A stretch of DNA of 63,996 bases, filler included, from Fonticula-like sp. SCN 57-25 (Eukaryota), in NCBI GenBank assembly GCA_001724245.1. It is 3 parts of 3 records of this genome, joined end to end, with 100 filler letters (N's around TTAATTAATTAA, not from the genome) between each part and the next. Parts side by side here need not be neighbours in the genome. Positions count along the whole stretch, not along the records: positions 49,589 to 63,996 come from MEDX01000159.1; 2 more parts are not named here. One strand, given 5' to 3'. Shown here piece after piece: positions 62,907 to 63,996 of the stretch. The notes under the pieces are model-generated. The model searched no databases, was not told the origin of the DNA, and saw only the letters and a program-made list of their open reading frames with translations. Every line of letters starts with the position of its first letter. The stretch's first letter is position 1. Made by a program: the position numbers and the translations under genes.

Positions 62907-63119
62907 CTGCAGAAGGCGGCGGTAGACTAGTGGCACAGCACTGACAACGAGTAAGAGTTCATAATACTTGATATTATTCCTATAATTTTGCACAGTTTTC
63001 ATGAATGTAATGACAATAAATAGGCGGTTTAGGCTCGTTTATAGGCTCGTTTTAGGCTGGTTTGGGGCTGGTCTTTAGTGGTCGGTTGACGCGAGTTGCA
63101 TGTGATTCCACCCCAGACC

Positions 63120-63996
63120 ATGGCGCGGCTAGGGCGCGAGCAATCGGCGCTGGCGGCGACGGCCTTTTACTTTACGGCGCACATAGTGGGGATCCTCGTC
63201 GGTCTCTATCGCAATGCGCCGCTCTTCCATGCGCCAACAGGCGCCGCCGACATCCTGAGCAAGATCCTCTTTGTCGTGCTTGGCCTATCCGCCTTTACGC
63301 TGTTTGTCCGCGCGCGGGACAGCAATCCCGGCTACGTAACGGGATCGGCGAGATCGCCCGGCAAGGATCGTGAGCCGGCGCCGGAGGTGAAGGAGGACGA
63401 AGACCTAGAGAAGGGTACCACAAGTGTTGAGACGACGGGTTTGCTGCCGATCTGCAAACTGTGCGACGTCGCGATGCCGCTGCGGACGAGGCACTGCCGC
63501 GAGTGCAACAAGTGCGTTGCGCGGTTTGACCACCACTGCGTCTATATTGGTACGGCGTGCAATTGAGAGCTCGGTCGCTCAATAGCGTTGTATTGTAGCA
63601 AATTGTGTCGGCGAGGGGAATCACCGCCTCTTTTTCACCTTTGTGTCCGTCGAGACCATCTGGCATCTGTCGGTGATCCCGCAGCTGTACGGATGCATCA
63701 TTTGGTACCCAACTCCAGTAGAATTCATTGTTGGTAATTATATTTTGCTACCAAGTGCGCACGAGTACTATTTTATTGTGTTTTACTGACCGTTGGCGAT
63801 AGTTTTTATGGCAAATTTCATCTTTTTAATCATCACGGCGATGCTCGCCGGCTACCACGCCTTCCTCATCTGCACCGCCCAGACATCATGGGAGCACGGC
63901 TCTGGTGCGTTGCTTTCCTATGTTTTACTCTTTTAACTAACAACTGAGCCACACAGACCGCGTGCCGTACATGCAGGGCGTGCCCGACAATGTGCT
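63120..63996 (+). CDS. DHHC palmitoyltransferase, runs off the window
   Basis: SNPGY, [38 protein letters not shown]. Confidence 0.93.

Overview
Gene-dense, GC-rich eukaryotic nuclear DNA. It is three separate contigs (1-17873, 17974-49488, 49589-63996) joined by artificial N44-TTAATTAATTAA-N44 spacers. I reconstructed about 35 protein genes by hand. Most have short (~45-60 nt) GTRCG...CTRAY...YAG spliceosomal introns, and many sit head-to-head across promoters under 300 bp. The Rab-GDI looks fungal-type, the receptor kinase resembles those of Fonticula, and several genes familiar from animals are present (RECQL5, TMEM62, LRRC58-like, AGTRAP-like, TMEM65, WDR81). Together these suggest an early-branching holomycotan, probably a nucleariid (inference). 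Degenerate LTR-retrotransposon sequence lies at the starts of contigs 1 and 2. The main finding is a nucleus-encoded, intron-containing bacterial-type RNase P protein (RnpA/C5) with a mitochondrial-presequence-like N-terminus, which implies a bacterial-style mitochondrial RNase P. Other findings are a TMEM65 carrying an EF-hand, a SERTA-like small protein, an orphan spliced microprotein with an AUGA stop/start overlap created by splicing, a receptor pseudokinase, a GC-AG intron, and E2F-type sites at DNA-repair genes. All family assignments come from recognising motifs; no database searches were run.
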